From contig NC_043010.1 of the NCBI RefSeq assembly GCF_006345805.1, positions 12,400,001 through 12,464,000 on the forward strand: a stretch of DNA of 64,000 nt, written 5' to 3'. Below, in pieces: positions 39,051 through 51,350 of the stretch. Below the pieces are notes generated by a model. It saw only the letters and a program-made list of their open reading frames with translations. It was not told the DNA's origin and ran no database searches. Source of the stretch: Octopus sinensis (lineage: Eukaryota). Position 1 is the first letter of the stretch. Every line of letters begins with the position of its first letter. Position numbers and translations under genes: made by a program.

Positions 39051-39579
39051 ACAACACTGTTCTTCACAAAAATTGATGTGAATAAAAATAAATAAATTAA
39101 TAGTTCATAGAAAGATTAGGGTTTGATGAGATAGAAGTTTAGAGATATTGTATCTCTGTTGGCAATAGAAGAATTTCCTTGTTGTATGAAAATGCTGGTG
39201 ATATATAATATGTATTATTAATATAATGTTGTGTGATTGTCAATTATGAGTTATGAAACCTAAAGGTTTGCAGAAAGGGAAGGTGAACAAGTCAAGAATA
39301 AATTATTATATGTGTAAGGACAACCTGTAGGAAAGCAACTGCATATAAAAAGGCTTTATCTAACATCTACATGCAGAATGTAACTAGAGAAGTATGGATG
39401 TTTAACACTAATGATTGGTTGGTACATAGAAGGTACAATGTAACAAGGAAGGCATTTCAATAAGTAATTAAATAATACTTGGGAATTCAGGTAGCAAGCA
39501 GTACTCTAAGACCACAAAGACATAAACACAATACACACACGCATATACACATACACACACACACACATATATATATATA

Positions 39580-39975
39580 TTCTCTTTACTCTTTTACTTG
39601 TTTCAGTCATTTGACTGCGGCCATGCTGGAGCACCACCTTTAATCGAGCAACTTGACCCCTGGACTTATTCTTTTGTAAGCCCAGTACTTATTCTATCGG
39701 TTTCTTTTGCCGAACTGCTAAGTAACGGGGACATAAACACACCGGCATCGGCTGTCAAGCAATGCTAGGGGAATAAACACAGACACACACGCACACACAC
39801 ACACATATATATACATATATATGACGGGCTTCTTTCAGTTTTCTTCTACCAAATCCACTCACAAGGCTTTGGTCGGCCCGAGGCTATAGCAGAAGACACT
39901 TGCCCAAGGTGCCATGCAGTGGGACTGAACCCGGAACCATGTGGTTGGTAAACAAGCTGCTTACCACACAGCCAC
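39580..39975 (-). mobile_element. SINE family A
   Basis: Core and tail present. Confidence 0.88.
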
Positions 39976-40319
39976 ATATATATACATATAACAATTAAAA
40001 CCAGATGTACATTAATATATACATATATACCTATGTCTGTGCTTGTGCGAGTGTGTATGTGTATACCCGAGTGCTTATGTACAATTATACAAAAGTACCA
40101 CTCACATGTTTACACTCACAAAATATAAATGTGTGTGAATGTGTGTGTGGTATCATCATCATCCTCATCATCCTCATCATCATCATCGTCGTCATTGTCA
40201 TTATAATCGCTTCAATATTCACTTTTCCATGCTTGCACGGGTTGGATGGAATTTAGTTCACATACACTACATATATGTATGTGTGTATGTATGTATGTAT
40301 GTATGTATATATGTATGTA

Positions 40320-40625
40320 GTCATAAAGCGAGACAGATGAGTGACAACCTGGCCACTGGTGGTAGTGTAACACGCCATACTAATCATATCTGCCGGGCAT
40401 GTGGAAGAGAGTGTAATTCGGCAGGAGGACTTAAACGAAATGCAAAGGTACATGAAGCCCAGTTACAACTACAGCCGGCTATTACCGGTAAAGGTTTTAG
40501 TTGCCAATTCTGTACAAGACATTGTAGATCTTTAGCTGGGCTAAAAAGTCACATTCGATCACAGCACCAGTAACAGTTAAGCTTCGTGCAATGGCTATAC
40601 TCGATAACGAGGGTGCAACCATAAT
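40320..40625 (+). mobile_element. LINE (RTE-like) 3' end encoding two C2H2 zinc fingers, with (ATGT)n tail
   Basis: CRACGRECNSAGGLKRNAKVH and CQFCTRHCRSLAGLKSHIRSQH*, short 3' UTR, then (atgt)n; embedded in TATG microsatellite. Confidence 0.65.
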
Positions 40626-41365
40626 GTATGTATGCATGTATGTATGTATGTATGTATGTATGTATGCATGTATGTATGTATGTATGTATGTATGTATGTA
40701 TGTATCACATGATCATATATCAACTTGGAGAGAAAGAGTGAATATAATGTGTGTGCATGGTATTTGTGTACATGTAAAAGACAGCCATCAGTATAGATTC
40801 TCATAAAAATGTGTGATGATTGAATATGTATATAAATAATCTATTTAGCCTTGGACACTCTTGTGTGACTACCTAAGGTTTCATGCTTACACATTTTACC
40901 ATCCAGAACAACATGACAACACCTAAGATAGTAACTGCAAGGGTAAATTGATTTATACAGTCACTAATGCATGCACGGATATCATAACTACCATCTACAA
41001 CATCTCTGTCTATACCATTTGTTTCATTAACCAAACAGTTCCACAAGTTCGTTCAATTTACTAGAAATAGAAGCCAAATCTTCAATGTACACTCTAATGT
41101 CTTAAAACAGGAAGCATTGAGTAATGTAGTCTGGTCAGGTTTACATACATACATACACATATATATATGTGTGTGTATAATGGGTATAGTTCACTGGTGA
41201 TCTAAACGAATATGTATGCTGAATAAGTGCTATAATCGGTATATCTGTCTGTATATACACACACACACACACGTGTATGTACATACACACATACATATAT
41301 GTATGTATTTTTATGTCTGTATGTATGAATACACAGAGACACACATGGACATATATATATATATA

Positions 41366-41669
41366 TATATATATATGTCTATGTAAAAACCCACAAACTG
41401 GGACAAGAACGCAAAACATTTCGAAGACGATACAAAAAACACGGACGGGACATTCGAATCCTTCAATCTTCAGTCAAGAATCGGATCATCCTAGCAATTT
41501 CGGCTGATTAATCTTGAGATTGCTCTGACCTGGCCAGCCCCAAAGGAAAATCTAAGCCAAGCACATTAGATTCCTTGGAAGAAAGCCTCGAATGTATACA
41601 AAACAAGGACGGGAACGAATAAGAATATAAAAATACGTAAAAACAATAATGATAATAATAATAACAAAG

Positions 41670-41703
<34 letters not shown>

Positions 41704-42059
41704 GTATATATGATATATATAGACATGTATATATGTATATATATATATATATATATAATATATATATGTCTATGTAAAAACACACAAACTGGGACAAGAA
41801 CGCAAAACATTTCGAAGACGATACAAAAAACACGGACGGGACATTCGAATCCTTCAATCTTCAGTCAAGAATCGGATCATCCTAGCAATTTCGGCTGATT
41901 AATCTTGAGATTGCTCTGACCTGGCCAGCCCCAAAGGAAAATCTAAGCCAAGCACATTAGATTCCTTGGAAGAAAGCCTCGAATGTATACAAAACAAGGA
42001 CGGGAACGAATAAGAATATAAAAATACGTAAAAACAATAATGATAATAATAATAACAAA

Positions 42060-42111
<52 letters not shown>

Positions 42112-42147
42112 GATATATATAGACATGTATATATGTATATATATATA

Positions 42148-42150
<3 letters not shown>
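41366..42150. repeat. Head-to-tail duplication (period 391 bp) of a ~280-bp element plus TA tract
   Basis: ggacaagaac at 41401 and 41792; near-identical; a diverged family member lies at 48540-48790. Confidence 0.92.
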
Positions 42151-42195
<45 letters not shown>

Positions 42196-42213
42196 GATAT
42201 ATATAGACATGTA

Positions 42214-42250
<37 letters not shown>

Positions 42251-42989
42251 CATACACACACCACACACACGCATGCACATACACACACATACACATGCAC
42301 ATACACACACACATTATTCACCAAACACAATATGAAGTTTTTAAAGCTATGCATAAATAGAATTGAAACACTATTAATTGTTGTTGCTATTGTTGTTGCT
42401 GCCATTGTTGTTGTTTATCAATGGATCAGTCTTGATCAAGCAAATCTATGACGAAAAAGCACACCAGCTACGACTATACCATCTTCTTTTTCAAAGCGCT
42501 GAATGTGCTCCTCTCTTCATATATTTCAAGATGGCACAGTTTTAGTTGCGGCCGATAGATTCAGTTGCTATATCTAGCAAACCAAGTGACCACATAGAAG
42601 CTACTTCACCTTCATTGGCTCATATGCGATATCAGCTGCTAGTTAAGACAGGTGAGACAAATAGAGACATCTACTTCACCTGGAGGCGTAAAGATAATGG
42701 CTATATTTCAGTTTGAAATCTTAACTATTTTACCAGCAGCCTGATGCTCTAATTTTGCAGTTATTGTACCTTAATTATTACAATTATTTCCATTTCAAAG
42801 CAACATCCTATGACAGTTTCTCCTCTCTAACAATCTTTTTACAATCTTCCTCACCCGACCATCGACTTTAGGAAGTATGCAATTTTCAATAAATCTATTA
42901 ATACTGAATCCTCTTGGTGAATTTTTTTCTCTTTCCTTTTATTGCTTTCAGCATCCTTTCTCTCTCCTTCTCTTTCTCTTTCTCCACCT

Positions 42990-43296
42990 ATCTCTCTTCC
43001 CCTCTTTCTCTCTCTCCATCTATCTGTCCATCTATCAACCCCCCACCTTCATTATCTCTCTTTCTATCTCTCTCTGTTCTTATACACTTGATCTCTCTTC
43101 CCCTCTTTCTCTCTCTCCATCTATCTGTCCATCTATCAACCCCCCACCTTCATTATCTCTCTTTCTATCTCTCTCTGTTCTTATACACTTGATCTCTCTT
43201 CCCCTCTTTCTCTCTCTCCATCTATCTGTCCATCTATCAACCCCGCTTCGTTATCTCTCTCTCTCTATCTCCCTCTCTCTGTTCTTATACACTTGA
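42990..43296. repeat. CT-rich tandem repeat, 3 x ~100 bp
   Basis: tctctcttcccctctttctc...ctgttcttatacacttga repeated three times. Confidence 0.9.
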
Positions 43297-43597
43297 TTTT
43301 CTTAAACACATTCACTTACGTACATTCCATTTGCCTAAGTTATAGATAGATCTCACTTGTAAAAATCTATGACTTCATTATGCCACCATACATAGAGACC
43401 ATTCTCCTAAGCATATACAGAAGTACGATGCTGGTGAGTTACCTACATACAATCAGTCAATAATTCTTGCCAATTTGCAAGCTACATTTTGTTGGATAAA
43501 GGATTGGCAGAGTGGTAAAAGTGCATGCTTTAGAATCACGTAGTTCTGAGTTGGATTCCACAGTATAACACTAAGAGAAAAAGGTTTTCTACAAATA

Positions 43598-43761
43598 GGC
43601 ATAGGAGTGGCTGTGTGGTAAGTAGCTTGCTTACAAACCACATGGTTCCGGGTTCAGTCTCACTGTGTGGCACCTCGGGCAAGTGTCTTCTACTATAGCC
43701 TCAGGCTGACCAAAGCCTTGTGAGTGGATTTGGTAGATGGAAACTGGAAGAAGCCCGTCAA

Positions 43762-43822
<61 letters not shown>

Positions 43823-44038
43823 TGTGTATGTATATGTTTGTGTGTGTGTGTCCCCAACATTGCTTGACAACCGATGCTGGTGTGTTTACGTCCCCGTATC
43901 TTAGTGGTTCAGCAAAAGAGACTGATAGAATAAGTACTAGGCTTACAAAGAATATGTCCTGGGGTCGATTTGCTCGACTAAAAGGCAGTGCTCCAGCATG
44001 GCCGCAGTCAAAATGACTGAAACAAGTAAAAGAATAAA
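43598..44038 (+). mobile_element. SINE family A, full length
   Basis: Complete head, core and tail. Confidence 0.9.
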
Positions 44039-44149
44039 TGCCACGAGCTGACCAATGACTTGTGAATAGGATTTAGTAGACAGAAACTGGACAGCTGAAA
44101 TCTACATACATACATACATACATACATACATACATACATACATAAAGGT

Positions 44150-44465
44150 ATATAAATAGAATAGCTGCTTTCTCATATAAGAGCAAAGCTATTGCTAGAA
44201 AGAATCTGGCTGGCAGAGGGAACAGGTCACAAAGCATGAAGTCTCTTTAGCATGCCTTTTCAATCCTCCAACTAGCAGGCATACCTTTCTACAGGTCGCA
44301 CATATTCTGTTGTAAACAATTTACAAGGAGTTGATTCTTGTGAGTTCTCTGATGGCTGACCAGGCCTGCATACCTCAAGCATTTCCCTCACCGCCCATAA
44401 ATTACACATAAAAAGTCACACTCGCATTTTCCACAGGTTCATACTTTCTATGCCTTCTCTTGATA
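44150..44465 (-). mobile_element. Decayed zinc-finger-type LINE 3' fragment within (CATA)n
   Basis: GKCLRYAGLVSHQRTH and GGLKRHAK-like remnants; same context as 40320-40625. Confidence 0.45.
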
Positions 44466-44789
44466 CATACATGCAGGCATACATACATACATACATACAT
44501 ACATACATACATACATACATACATACATACATACATACATACATACATGCATACATACATGCATGCATACATACATACATACATACATACATGCATGCAT
44601 ACATACATACATGCATACATACATAGGAGCACAATGCAGTCCTTGGAGTCAGTTGATCTTGGCAAACCATCCAATCCATACTAGCATAGAACACAGACGA
44701 TCCTAGGCTTTTGTGTCCTGATTTTTTTTGTAACTTTATGTCTAGCACTGACTATTATTCTTTCTTACTCCCCCAAGGTTTTTTTCTTT

Positions 44790-44823
44790 CTTGTGATGAA
44801 GGACTAATGTCCAAAATGTTAAG
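44790..44823 (+). ncRNA. Degenerate minimal hammerhead motif
   Basis: ctt-GTGATGA-a-GGAC taat GTCC-AAAA-tGTT-aag; same layout as 16303-16338. Confidence 0.4.
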
Positions 44824-45063
44824 CATCTTTTTCTTCTAGTTAAAGTGTGAAGCTAATACCATATTTTTTTACCTTATCCCTTCTTTTTGCCCTTTTTTAT
44901 TACTATCCATCGCATTTACAATGTGTGTGTTACATATGTGTGTGTATGTGTGTGTGTGTGTGTGTGTGTAAATAGATAGACTATGAAAATATGTGTATAT
45001 ACATACACATTTTTATTGATATATTTGTCTATATATATATATATATTTGCCTGTCTGTCTCTG

Positions 45064-45107
<44 letters not shown>

Positions 45108-45191
45108 CAAATTGAGATAGGGGTTGTAAATGCAACCCTCCACGTATGTATGTGTGTGTATATATATATATATAATATGTATATATATGTA

Positions 45192-45238
<47 letters not shown>

Positions 45239-47471
45239 ATATATATTTATATATACACACACATACATGTGTGTATCTGTGTGTTTGCATGTTTGCATAT
45301 ATATATATATATGTGTGCATATGTTTGCATCTTTGACCTATATATTTCAGCAAAAGATTGCCAACATTGAAGAGAAAACTGAAATGCAGGCACTTCTGCA
45401 TAACATACATTTCAAAATATAATATATTTGTTGCATGCCTAGTTGTGCAGACATCTCCCTTGCCACTCTGGCTGTCACGAATGCAGTGAACTCGAGATTG
45501 ACCCATTGGAAAACCTGTAACAAACGACACTGCTGTTCCCCCCGATTGTCATATAAAATAAACAAACAAGTAAGCAAATAAATAAATAGATAAATACACA
45601 GATAAATAAATAAATAAATAAATAAATAAATGAATAAATAAATAAATAGATAGATAGGCTAAATGTAATTTGAATTGAGAAATTAAGACAACTCTAGTTT
45701 CATGTCCAACAACTCATTTCAAGCTAATATTTCTAATACTTAAAGCTTTATTTCTAATGCAATTCTAATTTAGCTGTTTTCCCTGCTGAATTCATTCCAC
45801 TAGCATGAATTATTCTCTTTTCTCATTTAATAGAAACTTTCTTCCTTTTATTCCTTCAACAAATTACATTTTCCCACTTTTGTGGTGGGGGTCGTGTTTT
45901 TTTGTTTTTTTTTTATGCTGGTTGTTAAATCAGGAAGAAATTTTGTTTCATGTAATTTTTTTTTTTGTTGCTATCCTTAATTTTATCATGGTGGACTTAA
46001 GCTTACTTAGATTTTCTTAACAACAGACCACATGCTACTATCAACGTAAATTTGATTTAAAAAAAAAACATAAACATCGCTTTTAAAGGCTCTGTTGTGT
46101 CATGCTTAGTTCTTGAATGTTTTCTATTAGAAGAAAGCAACCTGTTTTTGTAGAATCCTCTCTGTAATGATCAAAATATAAATTCCATTCTATTGACAAC
46201 TGTTTCAATGTATAGAAAAAAGGTAGTGAGCTGGCAGAATTGTTAGCATGCTGGACAAAATGCTAAACTGCAATCCTTCTTCTTTTTACATCCTGATTTC
46301 AAATTCTGCCGAGGTTCACTTTGCCATTCATCATTTCAGGGTCAGTGAAATAAGGAGGGAACAGTTGAGCACTGGGGGCAAAATATAATCAATTATTTCC
46401 CTTCCTTAAAAATTATGGCCTTATGAGAAGCTGTAAGAGAAAGAATTAAATGCTAGAAATAGCACCCAAATAGCACCCAAATTTCTCTCAAATTCACACC
46501 CTATAAGATATGTGTGCATGAGGGGTGAGCATTGTGTGTGTGTGTGGAGGGGTGAGCATTTGTGTGTGTCAGTGTGTGTGTATGTGTGTGTACATGTGTG
46601 CCACTGTTTCCTTTCAACTAGAAATTTCATATTCCCTTTCAACTAAAAATTTCAAAATTCTTAACCATGTCCGCATAACTTAGCTGTTCAGTAATGGGGA
46701 TTGCTAGAATAAGTACCAGACCTATAAAAAAATTAAGTACCGAATGCAATCTGTTCTACTTAATCCTCCAACGATGTGCTCCAGCATGGCTGTAATTCAA
46801 TGACAAACAAATAAAAGAACAAGTGAATAAAAGGATATATGATATATATATATCAACTACATCAGCAGTTGATATCGCCTTGCATATAATCCTGTTTATT
46901 TTCTCTACATAAACAAAAACTGATAAACCACCTTCACTGGCTTGTGTAGCTTACATGAACAAAGTTTGAGTCAATTGAACTAGTGCCATATATCCTAAGT
47001 AACTAACGACCTTCTTGGCAGCCAAAACTTTATTCTGATTGTGTTACATCAAATCTGATTAAAACACCCAATGGGATCCCTTCTATCCCATTTGTTTGAG
47101 TGTTAATTATTTTGCTAACAGTCTTTCCTTTCACAACTTCACAACAGACAACCTTGTACATGATTTGATGGTGTATGTCAATCTTACCAAAAGGTAAAGT
47201 ACATAAATAGGTTCAGGAGTAGCTGTGTGGTTAAGTAACCCTCTTTGCAACCACAAGGCTTCAGGTTCAGTCCCACTCTGAGTTATCGTGGGCAAATGTC
47301 TTATAATAATTTGGTTGACAGAAACTCTGTAGAAGCTAAGGCAAAAACTGACTGAGAGTCAAACACACATATATAAATAGATAAAATACACATACACACA
47401 TATATATTTGCATACATATATATCTGTATGCATGTGTGTGTATATATATATTATTTATATATATATATATC

Positions 47472-47504
<33 letters not shown>

Positions 47505-47509
<5 letters not shown>

Positions 47510-48165
47510 CACTCGACAACTGCGTGCGTCCACCGATTATCGGTGAGCCAGGCGATGTGTCCAGCCCATCTATACTTGCTGCGTGTATACTCTGCGATGA
47601 CATCTCTCACGCCGGACTTCTTTCTGATGATCTTGCTACTTATGTGCTCTCTCAATGAGATACCAAGCATTGACCTTTCCATGGCTCTTTGAGCCGTTAC
47701 CAGTCTTTGCTCTTCTCTCTTTGTGGTAGCCCATGTTTCACTACCATATAACATTGCAGGCAGAACTGCACTGTTAATGAGGTTGGCGCGGGTGGTCCTG
47801 TCCAACCTTCCCTTGAGCACATCCCTTATGCCATTGAACGCCTTCCATCCGGCCCTTACTCTCCGTGAGATCTCCTTTTTGATATCCCGGCACATCAGGT
47901 AGACATATTCCCTCACCTCCTCTATTTCATCACTGCTGATCACCATTCGACCTGTTGGTACATTGTCTGACCGCATTGATGAGTGGTACTCGCGTGAGCG
48001 GAAAAGACCACCCGGAAGATCTCCACGACGGTGGAGTTATGATTTCAGGAGGACGATTGGGATCACGTGGATGAGAAAAGCGTGATCCAGAGAGGAGTGG
48101 ACAGCATGCTGTGACCAGCGGTGTCAAATGGACGCCTGACGGACTGGTCGGTCAAGGTGAAGGTG
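47505..48165. mobile_element. 5'-truncated, 5'-inverted RTE LINE insertion
   Basis: - strand 47505-47976 (EISRRVRAGW, LPAMLYGSETW, RWAGHI, VVEWY) continues on + strand 47981-48140 (EWYSRERKRPPGRSPRRW...). Confidence 0.88.
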
Positions 48166-48258
48166 ATATATATATAGTATTAAATATCCATCATGGCTGA
48201 TCTTACCAATCAGTTTCACATAAAGAATATAATAGAGTGCTAGGTAACAATCTGGGAT

Positions 48259-48400
48259 CAAAACAGTTTGATTCAAATTTGTTGATACTCTGAGTTTTAA
48301 GCATGATGCTAATCTTCAGTCATTGGGAATTCCCAATAGCTGAAGATTAGCATCAAGCTTGAAACTCAGAGTACCAATGAATTTGAATAAAACTGTTTTG
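48259..48400. repeat. 142-bp spacer-less palindrome with a hammerhead-like core in each arm
   Basis: Centre GAATTC 48327-48332; CTGAAGA 48340-48346 ... GAAACTCAGAGTA 48361-48373. Confidence 0.85.
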
Positions 48401-48539
48401 GCCCATACATGTACCTCCCAATAAATGTGTTGAGTGCTCTTCTTTCGTTTGTCCACTCACTTGTGTATATATATATATATATATATATAAGAGACCAAAG
48501 TGTATATACGCCACTATATATTTATATATAAAAAATACA

Positions 48540-48790
48540 AAAATGGGACAACAATACAAAACATCCAGACAGACGATACAAAGAAAACAAGGATGGGTCA
48601 TTTGGATTTTTCTTTCCTCAGTTGAGTTTCAGATTATATTTGCAATTTCGTCGGGAAGATATTCAAGATTGCTCCAATCTGGTCAGCCCCAAGGAAAAAG
48701 TAAGCTAAGAGCATTAGATTCCTCTGAAGAAAGCAGTAAATGTATACGAAAACAAGGACAGAAAAAACGGAGAATGTTACACAAATATAA
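48540..48790. repeat. Diverged copy of the 41.4-kb element family
   Basis: gggacaa...gcaatttcg...agattgctc...cagcccca.ggaaaa...cattagattcc...aaaacaaggac. Confidence 0.8.
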
Positions 48791-48884
48791 ATGACACATG
48801 TTTCAAGAAGTCAACTTTTATTATTACGTAAGCCACATTCTTATATTTATTCTGCCAGCTCACCTTAAAAATTGATAATAATAA

Positions 48885-49090
48885 ATTGTTTCAAATTTTG
48901 TCACAAGGGCAGCAATTTTGGAGGGAGAGGATAAGGTGATATCATTGACCCCAGTTCTCATCTGGTAGTTATTTTATCGACTCCAAAAGGATGGAAGGCA
49001 AAGTCAACCACGGCAGAATTTGAACTCAGAATGTAAAGACAGACAAAATGCTGCTAAACCAGTGAGCTAATTATTTTGCTAGCTTGCTAT
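48885..49090 (-). mobile_element. SINE family B
   Basis: aaaggatggaaggcaaagtcaacc...gaatttgaactcaga. Confidence 0.75.
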
Positions 49091-49898
49091 TACATCCCTG
49101 TCACTGTTCAGTTTCAATTCAAAACTATTTGAGGTGGTACCCCAGCATGGCCGTGACCCAATGACGGAAACAAGTAAAAGAAATAGCTGACAAAACACAA
49201 TTCAGTCATTCAATCTTTTACATCTTTCAGTCATGGGTCATCACTGTCACTGCTCAGTTTCAATTCTTAATCAAAGACACTTCAATTTCTTACATCACGT
49301 CACGCAAATTCCCCTCAAAGAAAGGCATGAATCTCACATAATCTTATTTCCTTTTGCTTAACAAATTTGAAACTATATACCTTTGTAAGAAATCAATTTA
49401 TTTTCCATTTCTCTTCTTTGCTTTTTTTGTCTTTAAAAAATTATTCTACACTATCTTTACTTCTTGAACATATTTTCTAAACTATTCTATGTCTTGCCCA
49501 TGTTATGGAACTTAAATTCAACATTTCCACCTAAAAGGCTTATCTCTTATGTTTCTCTGTACTAAAACATATTCCAATAAAATAGAGCTAAGAATTTCTA
49601 TTCATGCCATTTTCTGCACTTTTAAAACCATATTCAATGGATGGTATGTCATATCTGAATGCTTTAATTCTCATTCATAATTGGAAATGTCGTAACCTAG
49701 GGGACCAAAGAGTTTGATTAATATTTTCTTTAATATTGCTGAAAAAACCTACATTGTACGGTATTCAAATTGAAAAATAAATCTATTCAATATAATCCGT
49801 CTATTTACATCTTTTCTTCTTTCTCTTACAGAGATTGAGTATGTGTGTATGTGTGTAAGTGTGCATGTATGTGTGATGTATGAGCTTCTGTAAATGTA

Positions 49899-49966
<68 letters not shown>

Positions 49967-50521
49967 TACATATATACTACATACACTCACACATACATAT
50001 ACACACACATATATATACATATATACACAAACACATACATGTTTATGTTTTTCTCCTTTTTTCTCTTACACCAACACTCTCTTTCTCTCTCTCTCACTGC
50101 ATATGCCATCTTCATCAACATCATCATTATCATCATCTAATGTCCACTTTTCCATGCTTGCATGACAGATATAATTAGTTGAGGAAGATTTTCTATGGAT
50201 GGATGCCCTTCCTGTTGCCAACCCACAACTGTGTTAAAGTAAGGTAATATTCCCCATTACCAGACATGTTTCCAGAGAAGACTGGAAATGAAGGATGCCA
50301 GAGACATTCACTTACAAGAATTGCAAGAAGTCAAAGTGATTAGACAGTAACACACAAACACATATATGCATATATGTATATAGATATCTACAAATATATA
50401 TATATATATATATAGAAATTCGGGGTGAGTACTTGATAATTATAAGCACCTGTGTATACCGTTTGGTGGTGTAGGTGGTGGAGTAAATTGATCAAAATAA
50501 AAACATGATGCCAAGGATTCA

Positions 50522-50599
50522 GCGTTACATATGTTTCGGGCCTTTATTAGACAGATTTATAACAATGCATAATGTATGTCTGTGGCCTTCTTCAGCCGC
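50522..50599 (-). ncRNA. Type I hammerhead ribozyme-like motif (left arm copy)
   Basis: GCGG-CTGAAGA-a-GGCC...GGCC-c-GAAA-CATATG-TA-ACGC; one stem I mismatch. Confidence 0.5.
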
Positions 50600-50868
50600 G
50601 CACAACAACTTCCACAAGGACATGTGTACATCAAAAATCTTGGTTAGGGATGCAAATCCTCTCATTCGCGTACGACATAATGCGGCAACAGCATAGAATT
50701 GAAGCATCCATCTCTTTCTTCTCTCTTTCTTCTCTACATTGAGAGAAGAAAGAGATGGACGCTTCAATTCTATGCTGTTGCCGCATTATGTCGTACGCGA
50801 ATGAGAGGATTTGCATCCCCAACCAAGAATTTTTGATGTAACACATGTCCTTGTGGAAGTTGTTGTGC

Positions 50869-50946
50869 GCGGCTGAAGAAGGCCACAGACATACATTATG
50901 CATTGTTATAAATCTGTCTAATAAAGGCCCGAAACATATGTACCGC
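50869..50946 (+). ncRNA. Type I hammerhead ribozyme-like motif with extended stem II
   Basis: Stem I GCGG/CCGC, core CTGAAGA (50873-50879) and GAAA (50931-50934), palindromic stem III ACATATGT, GUA site at 50940-50942. Confidence 0.62.
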
Positions 50947-51107
50947 TGAATCCTTGGCATCATGTTTTTATTTTGATCAATTTACTATATATATATAATA
51001 TATATATATATAATTAACACCCCATGGATTTATATGGATAACACCATACAACATTCTGGTGCATCTAACTTAAGTACCATATTCAGTTGAATCTAAATTT
51101 TGCTGAA

Positions 51108-51152
<45 letters not shown>

Positions 51153-51155
<3 letters not shown>

Positions 51156-51350
51156 CACAGGAGTGGCTGTGTGGTAAGTAGGTTGCTTGCCAACCACATG
51201 GTTTCGAGTTCAGGCCCACTGAGTGGAAACTTGGGCTAGTGTCTTCTACTATAGCCTTGGGCCGACCAAAGCCTTGGGATCGATTTGTTCAACTAAAGGC
51301 GGTGCTCCAGCATGGCTGCAGTCAAATGACTAAAACAAATAAATGAATAA
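51153..51350 (+). mobile_element. SINE family A with central deletion
   Basis: Head fused to tail at ccttgggatcgatttg. Confidence 0.8.

Larger units (their letters stand above)
50482..50986. repeat. Young foldback element with ~243-bp near-identical inverted arms
   Basis: agtaaattgatcaaaataaaaacatgatgcc... pairs with ...ggcatcatgtttttattttgatcaatttact; the same ORF appears on both strands. Confidence 0.95.

Noticed and set aside
50505-50963. MMPRIQRY... ORF pair as a duplicated gene
   Set aside because: A by-product of the inverted repeat; no recognisable protein features.
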